This document shows positions 34,491-42,815 of a stretch of DNA of 64,000 nucleotides, in pieces. The position numbers and the translations under genes were made by a program. Positions within the stretch are counted from its first letter, which is position 1; the number at the start of each line of letters is the position of its first letter. This DNA comes from a virus: positions 96,001-160,000 of IMG/VR virus record IMGVR_UViG_3300044856_000216; one strand, given 5' to 3'. Below the pieces are notes generated by a model that saw only the letters and a program-made list of their open reading frames with translations, did not search any database and had not been told where the DNA came from.

Positions 34491-35252
34491 ATGGCATTAA
34501 TTGATAAATATACAAATGATGAATTCATAGATTTTGTAAAAAATTCTTTTTCTTATCGAGAATTAGCAAGAAAAATTGGATATAAATCTTATTCTGGTGA
34601 TTTATCTCAAATATTAAAAAATAAAATTTTTGAATTGAATCTTTCTACAAATCATTTTGAAAGAGATAAAACAAAAGATATTACTAGAACTTTTGATAAT
34701 ATTTTTTGTAGTAATTCAACGGCAGATCAGAAAACATTAAGAAAGTGGTATTTTGATGGACATTATACCCCTTATAGTTGTAAAATATGTGGTCAATTAC
34801 CAGTTTGGAATGGAAAGGAATTAGTATTAACTCTTGATCATATAAACGGAAATAATCATGATGACAGATTGGAAAATTTAAGATGGGTATGTCCAAATTG
34901 TGATAGACAGTTAGATACTTTTGGTGGGAAAAATATAAGTAAAAAAAATAATAAGAAATATTGTTTAGATTGTGGAATTGAAATTGGCAAAAAATCTACT
35001 TATTGTAAAAAATGTTCTCCTAAACATCGTAAAAATTTATACGAAGTAAAATTAAAAAAATCTGTGTTATATGAATCAGGTATCACTAGAGATAGATTAA
35101 AAGATTTGGTGCGCCAAAAATCTTTTGTAGATATTGGAAAAATATACGATGTATCAAATACTACAATAAAAGAATGGTGTAAAAAATTTAATTTACCATT
35201 TAGAAAAAAAGAAATTGAATTATATACAGATAACGAATGGGAAAATATATAA
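34491..35252 (+). CDS. HNH homing endonuclease inside the tRNA cluster
   Basis: LDHINGNNHDDRLENLRWVCPNCDRQL HNH core, plus extra Cys pairs. Confidence 0.85.
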   Translation: MALIDKYTNDEFIDFVKNSFSYRELARKIGYKSYSGDLSQILKNKIFELNLSTNHFERDKTKDITRTFDNIFCSNSTADQKTLRKWYFDGHYTPYSCKICGQLPVWNGKELVLTLDHINGNNHDDRLENLRWVCPNCDRQLDTFGGKNISKKNNKKYCLDCGIEIGKKSTYCKKCSPKHRKNLYEVKLKKSVLYESGITRDRLKDLVRQKSFVDIGKIYDVSNTTIKEWCKKFNLPFRKKEIELYTDNEWENI

Positions 35253-35473
35253 TTCAAGAACGAAATGCTGCGTTCAAGTCACGCCAGAGTCATTGTGCGG
35301 TAAACCTGATGTGAAAACCTATTTTTTGGATGCATACGAAATTTAGGTGTGTAAGCTCAACACTTGCTACCGCCCTATCAAATTATCCGTGGGCAACAAC
35401 TACGCAGATTATTTTGATAAAGTCGTAATGAAAATAGTTTCATTTAGTTTAGAGAAAGATAATTTTTTAAGAA

Positions 35474-35506
35474 AAGAGTCATTTCCTTTGGAGATGGCTC
35501 TTTTGT
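35474..35506 (+). terminator. intrinsic terminator
   Basis: AAGAGTCA...TGGCTCTT followed by TTGTT. Confidence 0.55.
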
Positions 35507-35511
35507 TATAT

Positions 35512-35585
35512 ACGTCTTTAGTTTAATTGGTTAGAATATCAGACTCCAAATCTGAGAGATGTGGGTTCGACTCCTACAGGGCGTG
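35512..35585 (+). tRNA. tRNA-Trp (CCA)
   Basis: ACGTCTT...TCAGA-CTCCAAA-TCTGA...GTGGG-TTCGACT-CCTAC-AGGGCGT-G. Confidence 0.85.
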
Positions 35586-35672
35586 TTTGTGTCAACTAAG
35601 ATATATGCATATTCTTAGACTATACTGGTGTATAGGTGGCACTAAAACTGTGACGACAGTTGACTTGTTTAT

Positions 35673-35687
35673 ATGGTTCAAATCCAT
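35673..35687 (+). ncRNA. orphan T-arm-like motif ATGG-TTCAAAT-CCAT
   Basis: Canonical T-loop, but I could not fold a complete cloverleaf around it. Confidence 0.3.
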
Positions 35688-35757
35688 TCGCCTTATATAT
35701 GAAAGAAATGAATGTGTAAATTTTAAGTATGATATAAGGTCAGGCGTTGGTATAAGC

Positions 35758-35772
35758 GAGGTTCAATTCCTC
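35758..35772 (+). ncRNA. orphan T-arm-like motif GAGG-TTCAATT-CCTC
   Basis: As above. A possible acceptor, TTTAAGT/ACTCAAG, gives only ~60 nt. Confidence 0.3.
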
Positions 35773-35823
35773 TACTCAAGTCTTGAATGTGTGAATTGCA
35801 CTTTCATTGGAAAGGAGAATTGT

Positions 35824-36000
35824 ATGGTAGGTATTAAAATTTTTGATGAGAACAAAATTGATACTTCGTCTACTGAAATAAGAGAAAAAGTGGCTAAAGC
35901 AATTTCAGATTATGTTTTTGATAATTGGTATGATGTTGTTTGTATTGAAAATTCGGATGATACTGAATGTCATGAAGTATTATTTAAAGTAACACTGTAA
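35824..36000 (+). CDS. 58-aa hypothetical protein
   Basis: GAAAGGAGAATTGT-ATG. This is the 3-prime part of track ORF 35527-36000, whose 5-prime part crosses tRNA-Trp. Confidence 0.5.
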   Translation: MVGIKIFDENKIDTSSTEIREKVAKAISDYVFDNWYDVVCIENSDDTECHEVLFKVTL

Positions 36001-36222
36001 TTAGCCATTTGATTTAAAAATATTTCTTCTTCCACATTTATTGCATATCACACTTAAAGTATAAGTGTTATCTTCGTTTCTGCTTATTTTATTTGCAGAG
36101 CATACTTCTGTATTTATTTTTTCTACAACAAATCTATTGGAAAGTGCATGTTGTGGAACTATATATTCCCACTCTAATTCTGTATTGCAATTTTCGCAAT
36201 TTATTTTTCCTGATAGTTTCAT
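36001..36222 (-). CDS. zinc-ribbon small protein
   Basis: CENC...CNKC. An isolated minus-strand gene. Confidence 0.6.
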   Translation of the reverse strand: MKLSGKINCENCNTELEWEYIVPQHALSNRFVVEKINTEVCSANKISRNEDNTYTLSVICNKCGRRNIFKSNG

Positions 36223-36282
36223 TTTTATATTCTCCTGTTACTTGGGTTGGATTAATTATAATTCATGATTTTGAAAAATGCA

Positions 36283-36300
36283 ACAGAGAATAAATATATA
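36283..36300 (+). promoter_or_regulatory. ACAGAGAATAA motif copy
   Basis: ACAGAGAATAAATATATAG. Upstream of the HNH/terminase block. Confidence 0.55.
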
Positions 36301-36455
36301 GCCAACTATGAGAGGATTGTTACTGTTTCGGTTGCAGGTAGTTGGATTATAGAGTGAGAAGCTGAAGAAGTCATGAGCTTCAGTATAGTAGATACTCGCA
36401 CTACTCTCTCACTCTATTTTAATTGGTTTTGCGAGTGGAAAGCGAGACATGAATT

Positions 36456-37712
36456 ATGGGATATACACATGGAACTTCTTTAGATTCTAAAACAAGAATA
36501 TGTACTAAATGCAATAAAGAATATCCAAATACAAATGAATATTTTTCTTACACAAATAAGAAAATTGGTAGATTAAATGCGGTATGTAAAAGCTGTCAAT
36601 CAATAATTAATAAAAAACAGAAGTTAAGATTAATAGAACAAAATAAAAATAGAAATCTATTTTATGAAGGCACTCGTCATTGTAAAAAATGTGGGCGTGA
36701 CTTACCAAATAATAAGTTATATTTTTCAATTGATTTAGCCTGTGTAGATGGATTAAGAAGTGTATGTAGAGAATGTAGTAAAAAAGAATCTGGATTTTTA
36801 GATCCTGATTATATTGTTCATGAAAAATGGACTAAATCAGAAGATAAATTAATGTATGAAAATTATAAAGATTTTACTGGTGAAGAATTACAAACTATAT
36901 TCTTTCCGAATAGAACGGTTAGATCTATCGAATGTCATGCAGGTGTACTTGGTCTTGTAGGGAAAAATTACGAAACACAACATAGAGCTAATATCGCTAG
37001 AAGTTTAAAGTGCAGTGAAAAACTAAAAGGAAGAATTATTTCACAAGAGGCACGAGATAAAATTTCTGCTACTAAGAAAGAATATTATAAAACTCACGAT
37101 AGTTGGTGGAAAGGTAGAAAACGAAGTCCTGAACAATGTAAAGCTATTAGTGAGCGTATGAAAGGTAAATGGGCTGGTGACAAGAATCCACGACATATTA
37201 ATCCTTTAAATGGAGAACTTAATGGTCGTTGGAAAGGCGGTATCTTACCGACATACACGGAACTTCGTTCTGATACAAAAGATTGGTTTAATGAATCAAT
37301 GGAATTTTGTAATTATAAATGTGTAATTACTGGTGGAGAATTCGATAATGTACATCATACTACTGCTTTTAGAGATATTGTTGATGAAGTTTTTAAGTTG
37401 ACTGGCATAGAAGTCAAACAACAAGTATGTGATTATAGTGAAGATGAATTTCAACATTTAAGAGACGAATTAAAGGATTTACATATAATTTATGGGTTTG
37501 GAGCTTGTATAAATAAAGATGTACATAAGCTATTTCATGATAATTATGGATACACCAAATTCTCTCCGTATGATTTCTTGGATTTTGTATATAGAATTGA
37601 TATTGGGGAATTTGACGGATGGTTTAAGAAAAACAATTTACAAATAAATATTAACTACGATTATGTAGAATATTTGGAAAGCACTCTTACTGTTATTGCA
37701 GAGAGTGCTTAA
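36456..37712 (+). CDS. HNH endonuclease with NUMOD3-like repeats and N-terminal zinc fingers (terminase-adjacent)
   Basis: Repeats GRIISQEARDKIS and GRKRSPEQCKAIS. ...NVHHTTAF...NKDVHKLFH. Several CxxC pairs. Confidence 0.75.
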   Translation: MGYTHGTSLDSKTRICTKCNKEYPNTNEYFSYTNKKIGRLNAVCKSCQSIINKKQKLRLIEQNKNRNLFYEGTRHCKKCGRDLPNNKLYFSIDLACVDGLRSVCRECSKKESGFLDPDYIVHEKWTKSEDKLMYENYKDFTGEELQTIFFPNRTVRSIECHAGVLGLVGKNYETQHRANIARSLKCSEKLKGRIISQEARDKISATKKEYYKTHDSWWKGRKRSPEQCKAISERMKGKWAGDKNPRHINPLNGELNGRWKGGILPTYTELRSDTKDWFNESMEFCNYKCVITGGEFDNVHHTTAFRDIVDEVFKLTGIEVKQQVCDYSEDEFQHLRDELKDLHIIYGFGACINKDVHKLFHDNYGYTKFSPYDFLDFVYRIDIGEFDGWFKKNNLQININYDYVEYLESTLTVIAESA

Positions 37713-37743
37713 TTTATTGAAAAAAAAGGAGGTGGTCGTTAGT

Positions 37744-38964
37744 TTGGCTACAAGAAAAAACACTACGCAACCAGTTAAATTAACGGCTGCTGAAGCTAGA
37801 GAAAAAGTTGAAGAATTACAGTACAAGCTTGATAAATATGCAGGTACTGCTCATTGTCCTATGTGTGATAAGCATAAGGATATAGAAACAAAATTTTATT
37901 ATGATACAGATCCTTTACTTGGTGGAAAAAGTTTTTCGAGAATCTGTCGTGATTGTGCTCGTAAAATTGCATTACGAGTTGACGAGCGAGGTGAAGAACA
38001 TGAGCCAACAAAAGAGAGTGTGCAGAAAGCATTATATTATCTTAACAAGCCTTTTCTTGAAACTGTATGGAATGCAAGTATTCAAGAATCTGAAAATATG
38101 GTTACAGGAAAAAGTAAGGAAAACGTCTGGACTTCATATATTAAAAACATTAGTATGAAAAATTATGTTGGTATGGGATACATGGATTCTGACATGTTCA
38201 AAGAGAAAATAGTTTACAAAGATGAAGAGGTTACACAAGAGAATAAAGAAGACGAATTATCTGAAGATGTCGTTGAAATGTATAAAAAGAATAAACGAAC
38301 AGTTCTTAGATTTTTAGGCTATGATCCTTTTGAAAATGAACCAATTTCAGAACAGCCTATTCTCTATTCTAAGCTTGTTGGATATTTTGATGAGTCTGTA
38401 AAAGATGACGGATTGAAGCTTGAAGCTGTAATTGAAATTGTGCAAAGTTTTAAGGATGTAAAAACAATCAATGATACTATTTCGCAATACAAGAAACAAC
38501 TTGGTAGTAATCCAGGTGTTATATCAACTATTAAATCTTTAGCTGAGACAAAACAAAAGATGATATCCTCTGCTCTTGCACTAGCAAAGGATAACGGAAT
38601 ATCTGAAAATAATAACAATAGAAAAAGCAAAGGTGCTGGTACTCTTACTGGTATCATAAAAGAATTACAAGAAATGGATTTAGATGGTTCTGAGGTAAAT
38701 ACATTCGATTATGAAACTAATATGGCAATCGAAGATATTATGACAAGAAATCATCAGAACCAATTAAAACAATTAAATCCTGATGAAAACGATTGGGAAA
38801 AAGAAGTTATTCATCAAAAAGGATTGTTATTTAATCTTCAAAAAGAAAGAGATAATGCAGTTGAATTTAGTAGGTTATTGAAAAAGGAAAATAAAGACCT
38901 TAAAGATTTCTTATTTGAAAAAGGTCTTATAGATGAGAAAGGGCAAGTAATCGAAGATGGCTGA
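37744..38964 (+). CDS. putative terminase small subunit / packaging accessory protein (zinc-ribbon, coiled coil)
   Basis: GGAGGTGG-8 nt-TTG at 37744 is preferred over ATG 37696. Lies immediately upstream of, and overlapping, terL. Function is inferred from position only. Confidence 0.5.
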   Translation: MATRKNTTQPVKLTAAEAREKVEELQYKLDKYAGTAHCPMCDKHKDIETKFYYDTDPLLGGKSFSRICRDCARKIALRVDERGEEHEPTKESVQKALYYLNKPFLETVWNASIQESENMVTGKSKENVWTSYIKNISMKNYVGMGYMDSDMFKEKIVYKDEEVTQENKEDELSEDVVEMYKKNKRTVLRFLGYDPFENEPISEQPILYSKLVGYFDESVKDDGLKLEAVIEIVQSFKDVKTINDTISQYKKQLGSNPGVISTIKSLAETKQKMISSALALAKDNGISENNNNRKSKGAGTLTGIIKELQEMDLDGSEVNTFDYETNMAIEDIMTRNHQNQLKQLNPDENDWEKEVIHQKGLLFNLQKERDNAVEFSRLLKKENKDLKDFLFEKGLIDEKGQVIEDG

Positions 38965-40879
38965 TGATAAAATTGTCCTGATGGGTGATTCTATAAATGA
39001 ATTTACTCCAAAGAATTTTACTTTTTTCAAAAAACCTACTTATTATGATATGTCTGAATTAAAGTTAGAGGGTTTAAAAAAATTCTCTGAAATAATTCAG
39101 TGGGGGCGCAGAAACCCAGTAAAATTCTGCGAAAGATTTTTCGGTATCGAATTTCTTGACTATCAGAAATATGTATTTATGATGTCATGGATTACACCAA
39201 ATGTTGTTTGGTGTATGAGTCGTAATGCTGGTAAGACAACTCTAGGTAGCCCATTTTTGATGGCTAAAACAATGTTACTGCCCAAATTTGAAGGATACAT
39301 TTTATCAAGCACAGGTTCTCAGAGTATAGGTATGATGAAGAAGATTGAATCTATTGCAAAAAAAGAAATCGCTTCATTTACTGGTTTAACAGATGTATTT
39401 CTGAACGAACTTGTAAAAAGTTCAAACAGCGAGGGCTTTCGACATGATCCAGCATCTTACTCCTTTAAACTTTATTCAGGATCGAGCTTGGCTACGGTCA
39501 ACTCAAATTTTGATGGATCTCGTGGTCGAAGAAGCCGACTTAATTTTTATGACGAGGCATCGTATGTATCTGAAGATATGTTCGCTGCTACTCTTCCATT
39601 CGTCACTCAGAACAGTGACTTCGCTCTTGGTGGTGATGTTGATGTAACATTACTTCCACCAAATTTCCCGAATCAAGTTGTGTGTGCAAGCTCAGCAGGT
39701 TCTATGGATGATGTTTTTTATAAAAGATATAAAGAAGCTGCAATGCATTCTATGGCAGGTGATAAGAATTATTTTTGTGCAGATATAGATTGCGAGGTAA
39801 TTCTTCATGCTACATATAATGGAAAGATATATCCTGTTCCATTGCTTACACAAGCAAAAATTGATTCAGAAATGAAAATGAATCCAACTAAGGCTACTCG
39901 TGAATATATGAATAAATTTGATTCAGATCTTGGTGATGATATTGCAGTTAAGAAATCACAAGTTCTTAGAAATAGTGTTGTTAGACCACCAATGCTTGTT
40001 AATGACGACAATTCTCTTATGGTTATCTGCTTTGATCCAGCAAAAAAAAGAGATAACAGCTTTGTATTAGTTGGTAAATTACATAGAGATGACAAACGTG
40101 GTTGGTTATTGGATGTTGTTAATGGCATCAATTTAATTGATAAAGAAACAAAAAAACCTCTTACAACTCCTGAGCAAGTGGCTATGTTGCAAGATATCGT
40201 TGTTAGATATAACGGGTATGGTGTACCTGATTATAAGAATATTCATGGTATATATATTGATGCTGGTTCTGGTGGTGGAGCTACGCAAATATGTGATTTA
40301 CTTTTTGATAATTTTTATGAGAAAAATCATAAAGGCGAAAAAGATTATGAGCATCACGGATTAATTGATGCAAGCTATGATTATGCAATTCCATATGTAA
40401 AAAGGTATCCAGATGCTATTGATATTATCCGTATGCGTGAACCAGCTAAATATAAAGCAATTATGTATTCACAATTATGTGAAATGATCGATCAAGATTT
40501 GATTAGTTTTACGGCAGAATATGATTATCATGGCAGTTTAACAATGTTAGAAGAAAATAACGGTGAAGTTATCGAAAAAAATTATAAATTATCTTTTGAA
40601 GAAGAACTTGGATTAAAGCAACTTGACGCAATGAAAGAAGAAGTGACTCATATGTACAAGTACAAATCTTCTAATGGAAATATTAGATATGATCTTGCTC
40701 CTGGTTTTGAGAACATTCTTCATGATGATAGATCGTATTGTCTCGCTTTAATGGGACACGCCTTATTTACATTAAGAAGTCAAGATATTGTACGTCAGAA
40801 AAAGCGCACTCAATCCCCATCCGACATAATAAAATATTTTCATGTCAGAGCACCAAAGAAATCTACTAGATACTCATAG
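38957..40879 (+). CDS. terL: terminase large subunit
   Basis: Walker A-like SRNAGKTT and Walker B-like LNFYDEAS. 640 aa. Position upstream of the portal. Confidence 0.85.
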   Translation: MADDKIVLMGDSINEFTPKNFTFFKKPTYYDMSELKLEGLKKFSEIIQWGRRNPVKFCERFFGIEFLDYQKYVFMMSWITPNVVWCMSRNAGKTTLGSPFLMAKTMLLPKFEGYILSSTGSQSIGMMKKIESIAKKEIASFTGLTDVFLNELVKSSNSEGFRHDPASYSFKLYSGSSLATVNSNFDGSRGRRSRLNFYDEASYVSEDMFAATLPFVTQNSDFALGGDVDVTLLPPNFPNQVVCASSAGSMDDVFYKRYKEAAMHSMAGDKNYFCADIDCEVILHATYNGKIYPVPLLTQAKIDSEMKMNPTKATREYMNKFDSDLGDDIAVKKSQVLRNSVVRPPMLVNDDNSLMVICFDPAKKRDNSFVLVGKLHRDDKRGWLLDVVNGINLIDKETKKPLTTPEQVAMLQDIVVRYNGYGVPDYKNIHGIYIDAGSGGGATQICDLLFDNFYEKNHKGEKDYEHHGLIDASYDYAIPYVKRYPDAIDIIRMREPAKYKAIMYSQLCEMIDQDLISFTAEYDYHGSLTMLEENNGEVIEKNYKLSFEEELGLKQLDAMKEEVTHMYKYKSSNGNIRYDLAPGFENILHDDRSYCLALMGHALFTLRSQDIVRQKKRTQSPSDIIKYFHVRAPKKSTRYS

Positions 40880-40890
40880 AAAGGAGAAAC

Positions 40891-42567
40891 ATGGACGAAC
40901 AAAAAATAGAAAACTCCTCTTCTACTGTTTCTCCACCCAAGAGAAAACGTGGAAGACCACCTAAAAATAAAAATGTAAATTCTACTTCTAATTCTTCTCA
41001 GAAAAAATCATATGAAATAGAATCTAAACCAACAGAAATATTGGTAAAAAATAATGATAAAAAAAAAGAAAATTTCTCATCTCGTCCTCGAATGATTAAT
41101 TACGAAGAAGCAAAACAGTTACTTCTTCAGGATGTGAAAAAATCAACATCTCGCTCATTTACTCAGTATACAAAATCCCTTGTAAAACAGTATATGCAAA
41201 ATCCACAAACTAATAAAGATCGTATTCGTGGATTATCACAGTATCTTTTCAGAGCGAGTACTTTGTATCGTAAAATTATTCTCTATTATGCGTGTATGCC
41301 TTTGTATAACTATTATGTAATAGAAAAAATAGATTTAACTAAAACATACAATGCCAACAAATCTATGAAAAATTACAACAATATCATACAAAAATTACAA
41401 CAGATAAATTTTAAGAACGAATTTGCTCAGATGATTGCATTAGCGATATTAAATGGTGCTTATTATGGTTTTGTATATGATACAGGAGATGGTCTATTCT
41501 TTCATTCGTTAGATCCTCAATATTGCAAAATAAAAGGTAAAGATGGTAATGGAAACTGGATTATAGCATTTGATATGTCATTTTTTTCACAGGGTTCAAA
41601 TTCAGAATTTGTAGAAGGTGTCAATGGTGATACTACAGGTTGTTGGGATGAAATTTTTCAACAAGCTTGGCAAGAGTACCAATCTGACAAGCAAAATAAA
41701 CGTTATGCAATTCTTCCGACTGAAAGAACTATGTGTTTATTGGCGAGTCTTGATGACGAATTTGATTTATGCTTGCCGTTTTTCTTAGGTATTTTTCTAC
41801 TTCTTATGGATTGTGAAGATTATGCAGATATTATGGCTGATAAAACGGCTCTTGAAAATTATAAATTGTTAGTCAGTAAAATTCCATTTATGGACGGAAA
41901 AGATGCTGCAATTGATGATTTTAAACTTTCTCTCGAATTAAGTGAAGTTTTTCAAGATATGATTGATGCAATTTTACCATCAAATATTGGTTCAGTAAGA
42001 TCTCCTATGGATTTGGAAGTTGTTGATTTTGAGAAGTCAAATACTACTTCTGATACTGATATGTTGTCAAAATCTATTGAAAATGTCTTTAACAATGCGG
42101 GTGCTTCACAATTAGTTGTTGCAGGTGGATCAAGTTCCAACTCTATCGGACTTAAACAGGCAATTGCAAACGATGCTTCTCTAACATTTACATGGGTTTC
42201 ACGTCTTGAAAATAATTTTAATTATTGGCTAACACAAAATGGATACAATGGATATATGTTCTTCTTTCATAGGCAGACTTGGTATAACAGAGATGATTAT
42301 ATTAATGAATTAAAAGAGTCTGCAACATTAGGTAATAATCCTTTACTTTATCTTACTGCTCTTGGTCAAACTCCTTATGAAGTTGAATGTGGACTTAGAA
42401 TGTCTATACAAAGTGGTATAAGGGATATGTTAGTACCGTTAAAAACAACCTATACCGATTCTGGTAATACTGGTGGTTCACCTACTAAAAGCGATGATGA
42501 TTTAAGTTCAGAGGGTGTTGCTAGTCGTGAAGGTGAAAAAAACGAAGGAACTAAAGCAAATGGATAA
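40891..42567 (+). CDS. putative portal protein with basic AT-hook-like N-terminal extension
   Basis: 558 aa, directly after terL. N-terminus PPKRKRGRPPKNKN. Confidence 0.55.
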   Translation: MDEQKIENSSSTVSPPKRKRGRPPKNKNVNSTSNSSQKKSYEIESKPTEILVKNNDKKKENFSSRPRMINYEEAKQLLLQDVKKSTSRSFTQYTKSLVKQYMQNPQTNKDRIRGLSQYLFRASTLYRKIILYYACMPLYNYYVIEKIDLTKTYNANKSMKNYNNIIQKLQQINFKNEFAQMIALAILNGAYYGFVYDTGDGLFFHSLDPQYCKIKGKDGNGNWIIAFDMSFFSQGSNSEFVEGVNGDTTGCWDEIFQQAWQEYQSDKQNKRYAILPTERTMCLLASLDDEFDLCLPFFLGIFLLLMDCEDYADIMADKTALENYKLLVSKIPFMDGKDAAIDDFKLSLELSEVFQDMIDAILPSNIGSVRSPMDLEVVDFEKSNTTSDTDMLSKSIENVFNNAGASQLVVAGGSSSNSIGLKQAIANDASLTFTWVSRLENNFNYWLTQNGYNGYMFFFHRQTWYNRDDYINELKESATLGNNPLLYLTALGQTPYEVECGLRMSIQSGIRDMLVPLKTTYTDSGNTGGSPTKSDDDLSSEGVASREGEKNEGTKANG

Positions 42568-42582
42568 TTAAGGAGAAAAAGG

Positions 42583-42765
42583 ATGAAGCAGAATTTTATA
42601 AAGACATCGGATTCTGAAACAGCTTCTAAGATGATAAATCTTGGTTTTCAGAAAATTGATGAACAAAATGGTATTTATACTTTTTTGAATACTGGAACAA
42701 TTCAGTTTTCAAATGATGATATAGATAAAAAGAAAATTCAGTACAGTAATATGCTGAGTATTTAG
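42583..42765 (+). CDS. hypothetical protein
   Basis: AAGGAG SD. ORF track. Confidence 0.55.
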   Translation: MKQNFIKTSDSETASKMINLGFQKIDEQNGIYTFLNTGTIQFSNDDIDKKKIQYSNMLSI

Positions 42766-42815
42766 CCACTCTCTTATTGGGAGTGGCATTTATTATACCA
42801 AGAAAGGAGGAAGAA

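Noticed and set aside
35527-35823. N-terminal 99 codons of the 157-aa track ORF 35527-36000.
   Set aside because: This part begins inside tRNA-Trp and crosses the hairpin and T-arm-like region. A good SD plus ATG exists at 35824, so only the last 58 codons are kept.
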